DNA of 34,614 nucleotides from Patescibacteria group bacterium (GCA_018819325.1 JAHJQJ010000021.1:1-34614); one strand, 5' to 3'. Counted from the stretch's first letter, positions 24,480 to 34,567 are shown. The notes: generated by a model from the sequence alone, not told the origin. A program made the numbers and translations.

Positions 24480-26441
24480 CTATAGAGAGAGGGTGGTGTC
24501 GGTTGAGAGGTCTATTTCTTGTTCTAAACCGTTGTAAATTATGTGGTGTTTAATGGCTGGTTTACCAGGCTGTTTTTGGATAAGTAGTTGATAAGAGTCT
24601 GTGTTTAAATTTGGCAACTGATACTTAAAAACCAGCTTACTTGACGACTCTGGTCGCATGGTAAAGTAGGCGGTAAAATATGTTTTATCTAACTCCTCAC
24701 CCGTTACTGATTCGTCTTCTGAACCAACCACGCTTATTAACTCACTCCCTAAAGGAACATAGATTCTGACCCAGTCTTTGTAGACTCCGTTTAAGCAGAG
24801 CTGGCCGGCTTCTAGATTACAGTTAGAACCGGGATGGGGGTTGTTGTAGTTTAGGGTGACGGTTTTGACAACTTTACCTGCCGTAGCTTCAATTTCTTGC
24901 TCTACACTACGGGTGATATACATATCTGTTTTGGCACCACCAAAATTACTGTCGTTTACGTGAAGATAATCTCCTTCAAAGTCCTTGATTCTGCCGGCAG
25001 AGTTGAAGTCCTCGGCTATTTTTTGGGTGTCTTCGTCAATAAAATACAAGAGCATGTGTTTTTCTTGAATCGAGGTCAATAGGGAGTTTAGTAGTTTCGG
25101 CCACATATGTTTAGGGCTACCCATGGCGTTGGCCATTAAAGAGTGCATTAAGGGGCCCAAAACCGCTTTTCTGTCTAGTCTGATTTCATAGGTGGGTCTG
25201 TCTGCAATTTCTTCTAGTGCGTAGACCACCTGGGGGCAGTCGCAACGAGGATCAATTTCAGAAGAGAAGTTGCCCCAGCCACCTACCCCGATTGGGCCAA
25301 TGATGTCTAGGAGTTTTACTGGAACGCTGGTGTCTATGGCAATAATACCGTCGATTTGCCTAGTACCTGGTATGTCTCTGTAGATCTCTAAAAACTGATC
25401 CATGGATACCTTGAAGTCTGGTGACAAATTAATATTTCTTAAGTTCCACATGGACTCGTTTAGGTATTTCTTGATTGGATCAGGAGCTTTAAGGTTGCTG
25501 TGCCAACGGGCGTCTAGGTTATAAATATCGTATGAGTTGCCGGGGACCATTTTGCCCTGGTTCATGTCTAGATAGGCGTAGGCTGTTAGAAATCCACCGG
25601 TGGCTCTTAACTCAGCGTCGTTTTGGAATAATAATAGATATGTTTTTGAGTCTGGATTACCAAGAAGCGTGGGTAGTAATTTGATTAATGGTTTGGCTTG
25701 GGTAAAAAGTTGGACGGATTCATCTAGTGTAGTTTGTATTGAAATAAGCTTGCCCCTGATTTCCTTGCCTGCAATTTTCTTAGGATATCTTTTTGGGTTT
25801 ATGGAGGATAATTCTTCACCGGCCTTGGCTAGTTCTTTGGTGATACCTTCTAGTTCTGGAGAGATTTTGTCAAGCGTTCCGGCCATAAAGACAATTCTGT
25901 TTTCGATTGATTCAGCCTCTGGTTTTTCTAACACCGACTCTGTATCTGACTTAAATCCTAAAAGATCCGAGTATGGTTCTAGGGCAATTATGGTTAGATC
26001 TATGGCGTTAACTAGTGATTTTGAGGCAATAATAGCGCTTTGACCGTCTTTGGTGTAACCCCCCAAGAAAGGGATTACTTTTGTCCAGGCGATTATTTTG
26101 TATTTGCCTTCTAGGGTTTCTATGTCTGCTTTTAAGGTCTCTAGGGTTTGCTTGGCTGTTACCAGATCTTTGTTTTGAAAGTCGGTAGTTAGCTTGGTTG
26201 CAGAACCTAGAGCTACCTTGACCGGAGATTTTAGGGTGAAACCGGCGATGGCACCCAGAGCAGATAGAAGTAATAAAAAACCAAGAAAAATTAAAACGAC
26301 TCTCGTCATCCTGAACTTTGTGAAGGATCTAGCGAAGCGCGATGCGGTTGCTTTCGGCAACCTAGATTCTTCGCCTTGCTCAGAATGACCAGGATTATTC
26401 AATGGTTTTTGATCGAGGTTTGATTTTTTAGGTAGGTCCAT
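24480..26441 (-). CDS. DUF4012-like membrane-anchored protein with an N-terminal in-frame repeat insertion
   Basis: YLLLFQNDAELRATGGF, LRNINLSPDF, IDGIIAID, NFGGAKTDMY, WVRIYVPLGS, LLIQKQPG. Confidence 0.85.
   Translation of the reverse strand: MDLPKKSNLDQKPLNNPGHSEQGEESRLPKATASRFARSFTKFRMTRVVLIFLGFLLLLSALGAIAGFTLKSPVKVALGSATKLTTDFQNKDLVTAKQTLETLKADIETLEGKYKIIAWTKVIPFLGGYTKDGQSAIIASKSLVNAIDLTIIALEPYSDLLGFKSDTESVLEKPEAESIENRIVFMAGTLDKISPELEGITKELAKAGEELSSINPKRYPKKIAGKEIRGKLISIQTTLDESVQLFTQAKPLIKLLPTLLGNPDSKTYLLLFQNDAELRATGGFLTAYAYLDMNQGKMVPGNSYDIYNLDARWHSNLKAPDPIKKYLNESMWNLRNINLSPDFKVSMDQFLEIYRDIPGTRQIDGIIAIDTSVPVKLLDIIGPIGVGGWGNFSSEIDPRCDCPQVVYALEEIADRPTYEIRLDRKAVLGPLMHSLMANAMGSPKHMWPKLLNSLLTSIQEKHMLLYFIDEDTQKIAEDFNSAGRIKDFEGDYLHVNDSNFGGAKTDMYITRSVEQEIEATAGKVVKTVTLNYNNPHPGSNCNLEAGQLCLNGVYKDWVRIYVPLGSELISVVGSEDESVTGEELDKTYFTAYFTMRPESSSKLVFKYQLPNLNTDSYQLLIQKQPGKPAIKHHIIYNGLEQEIDLSTDTTLSL
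26305..26389. repeat. Inverted pair of GTCAT-tagged units inside the DUF4012-like CDS
   Basis: GTCATCCTGAACTTTGTGAAGGATCTAG...GGTTGCTTTCGGCAACC..TAGATTCTTCGCCTTGCTCAGAATGAC. Confidence 0.85.
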
Positions 26442-26453
26442 GTTTATTTTAGT

Positions 26454-27125
26454 TTACCATTTACTGATCATGGCAAATGGGGTTTTGATTATTATTGCAA
26501 TATCTTCTAGAATTGACTGTCTTTTGGCGTAGGCGGCGTCCATTTTTACCCGTTCATCCCAATCAACATCATTTCGACCAGAAACCTGCCAGAGACCAGT
26601 AAGGCCCGGTTTAACGCTTTGAGATAAATCTATGTATTTTTTTATACCTTTACCGTAACGCTTAACGGCGTCGGTCATTTCTGGTTCAGCTTCTGTTTGG
26701 ATGTAAGCCCGTGGACCCACAAGACTCATGTCGCCTTTTAGAATGTTAAACACCTGTGGCATTTCATCGATTGAAGTTTGTCGAATAAATCTGCCAATTT
26801 TAGTAATGCGCGGATCCTTGTCTAAGGGTAACTTCCAACCCGCTTTTTTGTATTTCTCGAAAAGTTTTGGATTGTCTCTCCAAAAGTTAAAGGCATGACC
26901 AGGTTTACCATTTTTATCTTTAAACATCCTCATTGATCTAAATTTCAAGAGACCAAACGTCCTACCGTATTTACCAATTCTTTTGGGTGCGTATATTATT
27001 GGAGCACTTGGTTCTTCAAGTTTCATTAGCAAGGGAATAATTATCCAGATGGGTAAAAAAAGAACTGCTAGAACCAGTGAGGCGGTGATGTCTATTAGCC
27101 GCTTAATTGGTTCGTAAAAAATCAT
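26454..27125 (-). CDS. Priming undecaprenyl-phosphate sugar-1-phosphate transferase (Bac_transf family)
   Basis: KRLIDI, KFRSM, DPRITKIGRFIRQTSIDEMPQ, GDMSLVGPR, KPGLTGLWQVSGRN. Confidence 0.92.
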   Translation of the reverse strand: MIFYEPIKRLIDITASLVLAVLFLPIWIIIPLLMKLEEPSAPIIYAPKRIGKYGRTFGLLKFRSMRMFKDKNGKPGHAFNFWRDNPKLFEKYKKAGWKLPLDKDPRITKIGRFIRQTSIDEMPQVFNILKGDMSLVGPRAYIQTEAEPEMTDAVKRYGKGIKKYIDLSQSVKPGLTGLWQVSGRNDVDWDERVKMDAAYAKRQSILEDIAIIIKTPFAMISKW

Positions 27126-28237
27126 ATATATTGAGTCAGCTTTTTTTCCTTGAGCAGATTGATAAATTGCTTGATTTTGTCTGATTCGTGCATATTACAG
27201 ACCACAAGACCGTCCTGTGTGTCGACTACTACAACGTCATTCAAACCAATGACCGAAACGATTTTGTCTTTGACGTTTGAGTAAATTATTGACCTTTTAA
27301 CACCAGAGGTCTCTACCTGCCCCTTGATTAGATTATCTGTCTTTTTATCTTCGGCTAAACTTTCGAAAAGCAGTTCCCAGGTTCCCACGTCACTCCAACC
27401 GATATCTACCGGAATCACTACTGTGTCTTTTTTGCTTAGTTTTTCAAAAATTCCGTAGTCTATGGATGTTTTCTCAAATTTAGGGTAGATTTTTCTAATG
27501 ACTTTGTTTTGCCTAAATTTACCTAAGGCTGGACGAATTTCTTCTAAAAGTTTGTATGCTTTGGGCTGATGTGTCTTGAACAAAGAATGCATTAACTCAG
27601 CGGGCCAGACGAGATAACCGGTGTTAATTAAGTACTGGCGAGATTCAAACAGTTTCTTGGCTTTTTCTTCGTTTGGTTTCTCAATAAACTTAACAAATTC
27701 GTGAATGTCTAGGCCGTCAATTTTCGAGATGCGACTACCTATCTTGACCCAACCGTTATGTTCACTGGGGAAGGTTGGTCGAACGTCTATTTTTACTAGT
27801 TTTTTGGTTTTGTTTGAGTACTCGGCGGCTTTTTTCACGGCATGGTTAAAACCTTTGACGTCTCTTACTATATGATCTGCACCCCAAATGGCGGCCACGA
27901 TGGCATTGGGGAACTTGTGATAAACAAATAAGTTAGCTAATCCTACGGCGCCCAAGGTATCCTTTCTTACTGGCTCGGCAATAATATTTTTCTTGGGTAT
28001 CATGGGGGCCTGTTTTTTAACAAAGTCGATATATTCCTCTCCGGTAGAAACGTAGATATCTTCTGGTTCAAAACCTTTAAGTACGCGGCTTACCGTGGTT
28101 TGGAACATGGACTTATTGCCAATCAGCTCTTGAAATTGTTTGGGGGATTTTTTACGACTCATTGGCCACATTCTTGTCCCCACGCCTCCACAAAATATTA
28201 TTGCTTTTGTTGGAGTTGGAGTTTGTGTTTTTGCCAT
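27122..28237 (-). CDS. manC: Mannose-1-phosphate guanylyltransferase
   Basis: GGVGTRMWPMSR..PKQF, EPVRKDT, ADH, FIEKP, SIDYGIFEK, GWSDVGTW. Confidence 0.9.
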   Translation of the reverse strand: MAKTQTPTPTKAIIFCGGVGTRMWPMSRKKSPKQFQELIGNKSMFQTTVSRVLKGFEPEDIYVSTGEEYIDFVKKQAPMIPKKNIIAEPVRKDTLGAVGLANLFVYHKFPNAIVAAIWGADHIVRDVKGFNHAVKKAAEYSNKTKKLVKIDVRPTFPSEHNGWVKIGSRISKIDGLDIHEFVKFIEKPNEEKAKKLFESRQYLINTGYLVWPAELMHSLFKTHQPKAYKLLEEIRPALGKFRQNKVIRKIYPKFEKTSIDYGIFEKLSKKDTVVIPVDIGWSDVGTWELLFESLAEDKKTDNLIKGQVETSGVKRSIIYSNVKDKIVSVIGLNDVVVVDTQDGLVVCNMHESDKIKQFINLLKEKKLTQYI

Positions 28238-29334
28238 AGTTTATTTACTTTATCACGAAAGTTAATGATAAATCTATCTTGGGTAAATTTTAAAGCATTT
28301 TGCTGACATTTTGCAGGGGTGATTTGGTGCTTGCCAGATTCAAATTTTTTAATCGCTTTGGTCAGACTAGAAACGGTCTGGTGGTTAAATAATATACCTG
28401 TGTGGTTATTTATTACCGTTTCTTTAGCTCCACCCTTATTAAAAGCTATAACCGGAGTACCAGAGGCTTGGGCTTCTAGTGGCACCAGACCAAAGTCTTC
28501 GATTTGGGGAAAAATAACGGCCTTGGCGTTGGCGTAGAGTTTAATAAGTTCTTGATCGGACACTTGACCCAAGAAACTTGTATTGCCTTGGGCGAGCTTT
28601 TTTAGATTTTTAAGTTGAGAGCCTGTACCTACCACCTTCAAGGTCTCACCTTGTAGGTAATTGAAGGTGTTAATTACTAGGTTGGTTTTTTTGTATGGCT
28701 CGAGACGGCTGACCACTAGATAGTATTTTCGTTTATTTGGTGAATTTGGTTTAGATTTTGAGTAAAACTTGTCTTCAGTTGGAGGGTAGACTACATCCGA
28801 ATCTTGATTGTAATAAGTTTTTATTCTGTCTTTAACCTCTTTAGAAATGGCTATATACCGGTCTGGTCGTTTAGAAATGAGTAAGTCTGTATTTCTAAAA
28901 TATTTTTTGATTGAATTGGGGATAAGTTTCATTTTTATGTCTTGGTTGTATTCCATGATATCCCCCCAGAGATACCTGGTTGGGGTTAAACAGTAGCAAA
29001 TGTGCAAGGTTTCTGGCTTAGTGATGACTGCTTTAGCGTTATCTCTGGTTATACTTATTACTACGTCAAATTTGTTTAGGTTAAATGTCTCAAACATCAT
29101 GGGGGCTATTGGTGAAAGCCACTGATGACGGGTTCTTAAGGGCTTAAATATATTAATAGGACTAGGAATGACCTTGAAACTAGAGGCCCAACTAGCCGAT
29201 TTTGGACTATGAACCAGTGTGTAGATTGGAGCTTGAGGATATATTTTCTGTAAGGCTGACAAAAGCCGCTCGGCTCCACCAAACTTGTTGACTTGGTCGT
29301 AAACCAGAGCAATCTTTAAATTACTGGTGTCCAT
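28198..29334 (-). CDS. Glycosyltransferase family 4
   Basis: GGAERLL, CYCLTPTRYLW, VSRLEPYKK, EDFGLVPLEAQASGTPVIA. Start MDTSNL follows TATACT. Confidence 0.92.
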   Translation of the reverse strand: MDTSNLKIALVYDQVNKFGGAERLLSALQKIYPQAPIYTLVHSPKSASWASSFKVIPSPINIFKPLRTRHQWLSPIAPMMFETFNLNKFDVVISITRDNAKAVITKPETLHICYCLTPTRYLWGDIMEYNQDIKMKLIPNSIKKYFRNTDLLISKRPDRYIAISKEVKDRIKTYYNQDSDVVYPPTEDKFYSKSKPNSPNKRKYYLVVSRLEPYKKTNLVINTFNYLQGETLKVVGTGSQLKNLKKLAQGNTSFLGQVSDQELIKLYANAKAVIFPQIEDFGLVPLEAQASGTPVIAFNKGGAKETVINNHTGILFNHQTVSSLTKAIKKFESGKHQITPAKCQQNALKFTQDRFIINFRDKVNKLWQKHKLQLQQKQ

Positions 29335-29355
29335 GTAGGTAGTATACTTTTTTCC

Positions 29356-29383
29356 CGTCATTCTGGCTTGTCCAGGAGAATCT
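29356..29383. repeat. Solo GTCAT-tagged palindrome
   Basis: CGTCATTCTGGCTTGTCCAGGAGAATCT, related to the reverse complement of 7150-7172. Confidence 0.7.
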
Positions 29384-29410
29384 TTTTATTCTTAGGTAAC
29401 CTTTTTGCTT

Positions 29411-29630
29411 TTAGGTTTTAAGAAATTCTTTTATGGTTACTTCACTCTGCCTTAAGATGGCTCGCAAGGTACCTTTTGGTAAGTCGCGGTTATGCATAGC
29501 GACTGTAGGTAGCTCTGCCGTCGGGATGAATTAGTCGAGCATGACTGCCAGTTTGTCTGGCAACCTTGAATCCTAGCTTGGTGAGTTTTTTTATCACGTT
29601 TTTGGGTCTGACGGCAGGGAGTTTAGCCAT
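29411..29630 (-). pseudogene. hicA: HicA-family toxin with a +1 frameshift
   Basis: MAKLPAVRPKNVIKKLTKLGFKVARQTGSHARLIHPDGRAT, one extra base near 29507, then TVAMHNRDLPKGTLRAILRQSEVTIKEFLKT*. Length 220 nt = 73 codons + 1. Confidence 0.88.
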
Positions 29631-29632
29631 AT

Positions 29633-29923
29633 CTAGACGGCAAACTGGGTGGATGGATTGAAAAAGAAAGGTACTTGAGTATTGGTGATCATTTCTTCGT
29701 TGGGGTGATCGACAGGAATTTCTTTATGTTCTTTTTGTAGAGACTCTAAATGAAAACTAATTGTGCCTTGGATATTTTTTAAGGCTTCTTGAGGACTACC
29801 TCCATCATCAACCACACCTAGGGTCGGACAAAAAGCAACGTAACATGGTTTTTTGCTACCGGTTCGTGTATCGGGTCTTAAGATTACTCGATAGTCAAGA
29901 ACGGTTTTCTTTTGTGTTTTCAT
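29633..29923 (-). CDS. hicB: HicB-family antitoxin (short form)
   Basis: YVAFCPTLGVVDDGGSPQEALKNIQGTISFHLESL...IP; adjacent to hicA. Confidence 0.88.
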   Translation of the reverse strand: MKTQKKTVLDYRVILRPDTRTGSKKPCYVAFCPTLGVVDDGGSPQEALKNIQGTISFHLESLQKEHKEIPVDHPNEEMITNTQVPFFFNPSTQFAV

Positions 29924-29970
29924 ATTGAGTTAAGTATAGCAAAGTTGGGGCGTGTAAAGTATGCGATACT

Positions 29971-31074
29971 TTACAGTGATTTGTAGGCTTTAATGGTTTC
30001 TCTGGCTGTTTTGGTCCAGGAGAATCTTTTTACCCTTAAAAAACCTTTTGCTTTTAGGTTTTTTAATACTTCTCTGTCCCCCATTATTTGCTCTAGCCTC
30101 AATATGAGACTTTTTTGATTATATGGATCAAAATAAAGAGCGGCGTTGCTATAGACCTCTGGTAAGCAGGTGGCGTCTGAAGAGAGAACTGGTAAGCCGG
30201 CCGCCATGGCTTCTAGACCGGTGAGACCAAAACCTTCAATAAGAGAGGGATGAACTAAGGCTAAGGCTTGAGAGTAAAGAACGGCCAGATCGTTATCCGG
30301 AACAAACCCTAAATAGTGAACATGGTTGTTTTTATTTATTTTATTTTCGAAAACACTGCGTGCACAAACAATAGCCAGAGTTAATTGGTGCTTATGGATT
30401 TTGTTAAAGTTTTTAATGGCTGAAACTAAAAAGTTGATGTTCTTGTGGGGATACAGATTGCCTGTGTAAATAACGAATGGTTTACGAAGATTGTATTTTT
30501 TGAATATATGACTAGGTTTGATTTTTACATCCACCTTAAGAGCCTTATCCACGGCTTCGTAGGTTACGTGAACCTTCTGGGGGTTTAAGTTGTAGTTGTT
30601 AACTAAATTATCCTTCCAAAATTTACTTGGGGTAATTATAATTTTGGCTTTACGGATATTTATAGCAACAGCGAAACGATAAGCCAGTTGCTTAATCCAG
30701 TAAACTTGGGGTGATCTAGTGGTGGATTCCTTGCCTGTGGAGATGTGTTTTATGAGATCGTGAATTGTAATAACAAGTTTGCCAGGGTAAAAAATGGGGG
30801 CGTTAAAATGGGGAACGTGCAAAAGATCAAGCTTGGCACGAGCAAATATAAATGGGTTTATTATTTGTTCGGCGAATGAATAAATTGGGGTGTTTAACTT
30901 AACAAACTTAAATTTTTTTAGAGATTCGATCTCTGATTTAATATCTTGGTTGCCAAAAATGACGTAGGTATTTTTGCGATCCGCTTGAGCTAGGGCCAGA
31001 ATTAGATTTCTGGTGTATCGGCCTATACCAGTATGTTTATTGCCATATAATCTGGCGTCGATACCTATTTGCAT
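29971..31074 (-). CDS. Glycosyltransferase family 4
   Basis: IGIDAR..TGIGRY, VITIHDL, YPHKN, PSLIEGFGLTGLEAMAAGLPV, RFSW. Confidence 0.92.
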   Translation of the reverse strand: MQIGIDARLYGNKHTGIGRYTRNLILALAQADRKNTYVIFGNQDIKSEIESLKKFKFVKLNTPIYSFAEQIINPFIFARAKLDLLHVPHFNAPIFYPGKLVITIHDLIKHISTGKESTTRSPQVYWIKQLAYRFAVAINIRKAKIIITPSKFWKDNLVNNYNLNPQKVHVTYEAVDKALKVDVKIKPSHIFKKYNLRKPFVIYTGNLYPHKNINFLVSAIKNFNKIHKHQLTLAIVCARSVFENKINKNNHVHYLGFVPDNDLAVLYSQALALVHPSLIEGFGLTGLEAMAAGLPVLSSDATCLPEVYSNAALYFDPYNQKSLILRLEQIMGDREVLKNLKAKGFLRVKRFSWTKTARETIKAYKSL

Positions 31075-31075
31075 A

Positions 31076-31987
31076 TTAACTTAGTTGCCATTTGAGTAAT
31101 CTAAGAGATCCTTTTATTTTAATTCCCAACATCATAAACCAAATAAAGGGTGCTGGGTATTTTTTAGAGTAGTGTTTTTTAATAAATATTTCCCACGCCC
31201 TGATTGACGCTCTGGCTATTTTTATTTTTATTTTTTTGCTGGCTTGGGTAATTTTTTTAGTTTCTTGTCTAATGCCAGAAGAAGCCCCTTTTAAATGAAG
31301 AGTGCTAACTTTGGGGTAATAGATTATTTTGTAACCAGCCTGTTGTAGTCTGTAGCAGATGTCTATGTCTTCTCCGTAGAAAAAATAGTCTTCGTCCCAA
31401 CCGCCTATTTGATTAAACAGTTTTAAAGATATTAAAAAATATGAACCGGCTATTACAGGAACTGCTGTAGGGCGTTTGATTTGCCTAAAACCTAGGTGGT
31501 ATAAATTGAAGACTAAAGATTTGGGGAATATTTTTGATAGGCCAAAAAGACGGCAAAAAGTATTCCAGGGTGTGGGGAAGCCACGACGATTGTCATAGTC
31601 TGTGGTGCCATCTGCTAGAAGCAGTTTAATGGTTAGAGCACCAACTTTGGGGTGTTTTTTAAGATACTTTAGGGGTTTAACCAGGCTGAACTTTTTTAAA
31701 ACGGTGTCGGAGTTTAAAAAAAGTAAGTAATTAGAGTTTGCCAGCTTGGCCCCTATATTATTGGCTTTGGCAAAACCTAGATTTTTATTATTTTGAATTA
31801 ATTGAACTTGAGGATATTTTTTGTTGACCATGTGAACACTGCCGTCTGTAGATTTATTGTCAACCACAATAACCTCTATACCTTGCTTGGGGTGGATAGC
31901 TTTGTAAACGGAGACTAAACAGTCGTCAAGAAGCTTACGGGTATTGTAAGTAACAATGATAATGGCCAGATCTTTTTTGGGGAGCAT
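31076..31987 (-). CDS. Glycosyltransferase family 2 (WbbL-like)
   Basis: [49 protein letters not shown]. Confidence 0.92.
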   Translation of the reverse strand: MLPKKDLAIIIVTYNTRKLLDDCLVSVYKAIHPKQGIEVIVVDNKSTDGSVHMVNKKYPQVQLIQNNKNLGFAKANNIGAKLANSNYLLFLNSDTVLKKFSLVKPLKYLKKHPKVGALTIKLLLADGTTDYDNRRGFPTPWNTFCRLFGLSKIFPKSLVFNLYHLGFRQIKRPTAVPVIAGSYFLISLKLFNQIGGWDEDYFFYGEDIDICYRLQQAGYKIIYYPKVSTLHLKGASSGIRQETKKITQASKKIKIKIARASIRAWEIFIKKHYSKKYPAPFIWFMMLGIKIKGSLRLLKWQLS

Positions 31988-33186
31988 TATTTTTTGTTTA
32001 ATTGATGATAAATAGAGCTTAATTTAGTGGCAATATTTTTGTAATTGTAGTTTTTTTCTACATGGGCTCGTGCGTTTTTGGCTAGTTTTTCTGCTAACTG
32101 GGGAGATTTTATCAGCTTAACAATGTGTTTGCTAAGGGTGAGCGGGGTGTTACCTATTAAAACATGGACGCCGTGCTTGGCGCCCAAACCCTGGATACCA
32201 ACTTTGGTGGAGACAATTGGTTGCTGACTAGCCATGGCGGCTAGGTTTTTTAAACGTGTTCCACCAGGACCCCTAATGGTAGAGGCGAAAACAGTGTCTT
32301 GATTCCAGGCTTTTACCAAGCTATTAGTGTCGTCTTCTGGCAGATTTTCAATGTTAATTGAGTGGCTTGACAAATCAATTATGTTTTTGGGGATATGTTG
32401 GCCAACAATATGTAATTTGACATTAGGAATTTCCTTTTTTACCAGGGGAAAGACTTGTCCAATCAGAAGATGGGCGGCTTCTTTGTTTTGCAACCACTTA
32501 AAATTAGAAACAAAAAGAATAACAGGGTTTTTACCAGTCCAAGATGTTTTTTTCTTGAATAGATTTAGATTGACTCCGTTGGGTACTATTTTAACGTCGA
32601 GGTCTGGTAAAAGTTTTTTCATTTCTTGACTGTCTTGATGAGATACGGCTACCACTTGATCAGCTTTTTGCCAGTAATATTTTTCCCAGTATTTAAGCTT
32701 AGCAAGATCGATGTTAAATAACGGTCTAATAAAGATGGAGGCCGTGTTGTTTATATAATGCTGGTATACCAAGTACTCGATTGTTTGGTCTACCAAGACA
32801 ATGGGGGTGGTTGTTTCTGGAATACTAGGCATGACGTAAAAAGTTTCGGCGTGGATGATGTCATAATTTCCTGTATCAAGTTCTTTTTTTACGGCTGCTT
32901 TTACACCAGGAGCGGAGTTTCTAACAATTAAAAATGGCTGACTGGTAAAGCCGGTACGAATTATGTTTTTAAGAGTAAAGGGGTTGGGACTTCTTTGGAA
33001 GGTAAGTATTTTGTGGCAGTATTTTAAAAGATGCTTTTTGTATTTATTCTCACTTTTATTTTTTATTAAAGAAACTAAAGTTATTTGATGATTTTTATAT
33101 AGGTGCTTGAGCAGATTTAGAGTTCTAATTTGACCACCAGAGGAATCGGGATAAGGCAGATATGGGGTGAGCATTAAAATCTTCAT
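31987..33186 (-). CDS. Glycosyltransferase family 4
   Basis: [42 protein letters not shown]. Confidence 0.9.
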   Translation of the reverse strand: MKILMLTPYLPYPDSSGGQIRTLNLLKHLYKNHQITLVSLIKNKSENKYKKHLLKYCHKILTFQRSPNPFTLKNIIRTGFTSQPFLIVRNSAPGVKAAVKKELDTGNYDIIHAETFYVMPSIPETTTPIVLVDQTIEYLVYQHYINNTASIFIRPLFNIDLAKLKYWEKYYWQKADQVVAVSHQDSQEMKKLLPDLDVKIVPNGVNLNLFKKKTSWTGKNPVILFVSNFKWLQNKEAAHLLIGQVFPLVKKEIPNVKLHIVGQHIPKNIIDLSSHSINIENLPEDDTNSLVKAWNQDTVFASTIRGPGGTRLKNLAAMASQQPIVSTKVGIQGLGAKHGVHVLIGNTPLTLSKHIVKLIKSPQLAEKLAKNARAHVEKNYNYKNIATKLSSIYHQLNKK

Positions 33187-33187
33187 A

Positions 33188-34567
33188 TTAAAGTTTCAAA
33201 ATTACAAATTGATCGGTTTTCTCTAGGACTTCAAAATTGGGATTTTGCATTAATTTGTTGGTGTCTGTATCAAAATTAACCGAGACGTAATGGGTGGCAC
33301 CCAAAGAAACCATTTGGTCTATGTCGTGGGTTAAAAGCGGCCAACCATAACGGTTGGTTTGGTATAGAAAGGCCGTGTCGCCCATGTAGGGAGCGATGAC
33401 TCTGGCGTCTTTGGGGAGTAATTTATCTACAGCTTGACCGGCCACGATAATGCTGGGGTTGTTTATCTGGTAGAGACCTTTAATTTCGTACCAAGAGAAA
33501 GCCGAGCTTAAGATAAAAATTACAATGGCTGTGGCCCAGAGAAGGGGTCTTGAAAATAAAGTTTTGGGTAGGGAGGTAAGGGTGGCTACTCCCCTGCCTA
33601 GCAACAAACTAATAAATGGCATGGTTATGCTTTGGTAGTAGTCGTGGGTAATGTTGCCACTAGCTAAAACGCTAAAGTAGGCAAGGATGCCGACTGCAAA
33701 TAGTGCATAGCTCCAGTTTAAGGTTTTAATGGGTTTTTTAAGAAGCCCAAGGACTAAGAAAATACTGCCCCAATAGCCCAAGATTAATTTACCCAAGCGT
33801 TCGGCAAATAACCACCTAAACCAAGCGGGTCTAAACCTAATACCGTTTTGGTTAAAAAGCCAGTCGGAAGCAGGGATCCCTGCTGGGAAGTGGCTGATCC
33901 AAGACCGCCAAAGAATAAAGGGGGTTAAGGCAAGTATTCCGTAGATGATAAATTTCTTAAAATTATTTTTATTTATTAAAAGCAGGTACGGAAGAATAAA
34001 AAACACGGCATAGGGTTTAACTAAAAGGGCAAGGCTAAAAAATATGGCAGAAAATAATAATTTTGATTGGATGGCTAGAAAAAATGAGGCTAGAAAAAGT
34101 GTAATCATTAACGGTTCTGGCAGAATTACTCTGGAGTAAAATATATTAAATGGTAAAAGGGCAAAAAATATAGATGAATAAAGGGCGGTTTTTTTGCCTG
34201 ATATCTTATTGGCAATTAAATAAATAAAGGTTAAGGAAATAAGAGATAAGATAACGGAGGTTAATCTGCCGGCGGTTTCTAGATTTAGGTTCCCCAGACG
34301 AAAAACCCCCAGATGCATTAAGTTATATAAAGGAAACTCTACCATTCTGTAGCCATTGGGATTTTCTAGGCCGGAAGGGATGTTGGAAATATCTTGGTAA
34401 CGAGGGATAAATAGATTAACGCCTTCTTGACTGAAAACTCTAGTAACTGAAGCGGTATCTGCCTGACGCCAGGAATGCCAATCGGCTACGGGGCTATCTA
34501 TTTTATAAAGCCTGACCATAAGGGCCATGACTAGTATTAAGAAAAATGCAAGATGCTTTTTGATCAT
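33188..34567 (-). CDS. GT-C integral membrane glycosyltransferase (PMT/ArnT-like)
   Basis: Multi-TM protein with DWHSWRQADT, EFPLY, GRLTS, FYSRVILPE, LLVKP and HDYY. Start may be 34567 or 34603. Confidence 0.85.
   Translation of the reverse strand: MIKKHLAFFLILVMALMVRLYKIDSPVADWHSWRQADTASVTRVFSQEGVNLFIPRYQDISNIPSGLENPNGYRMVEFPLYNLMHLGVFRLGNLNLETAGRLTSVILSLISLTFIYLIANKISGKKTALYSSIFFALLPFNIFYSRVILPEPLMITLFLASFFLAIQSKLLFSAIFFSLALLVKPYAVFFILPYLLLINKNNFKKFIIYGILALTPFILWRSWISHFPAGIPASDWLFNQNGIRFRPAWFRWLFAERLGKLILGYWGSIFLVLGLLKKPIKTLNWSYALFAVGILAYFSVLASGNITHDYYQSITMPFISLLLGRGVATLTSLPKTLFSRPLLWATAIVIFILSSAFSWYEIKGLYQINNPSIIVAGQAVDKLLPKDARVIAPYMGDTAFLYQTNRYGWPLLTHDIDQMVSLGATHYVSVNFDTDTNKLMQNPNFEVLEKTDQFVILKL

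Noticed and set aside
58-32629. Numerous short antisense or alternate-frame ORFs (e.g. 2476-2841, 17186-17521, 19116-19487, 25600-26043, 32327-32629)
   Set aside because: They are shadows of well-supported genes, with no motifs or initiation signals.
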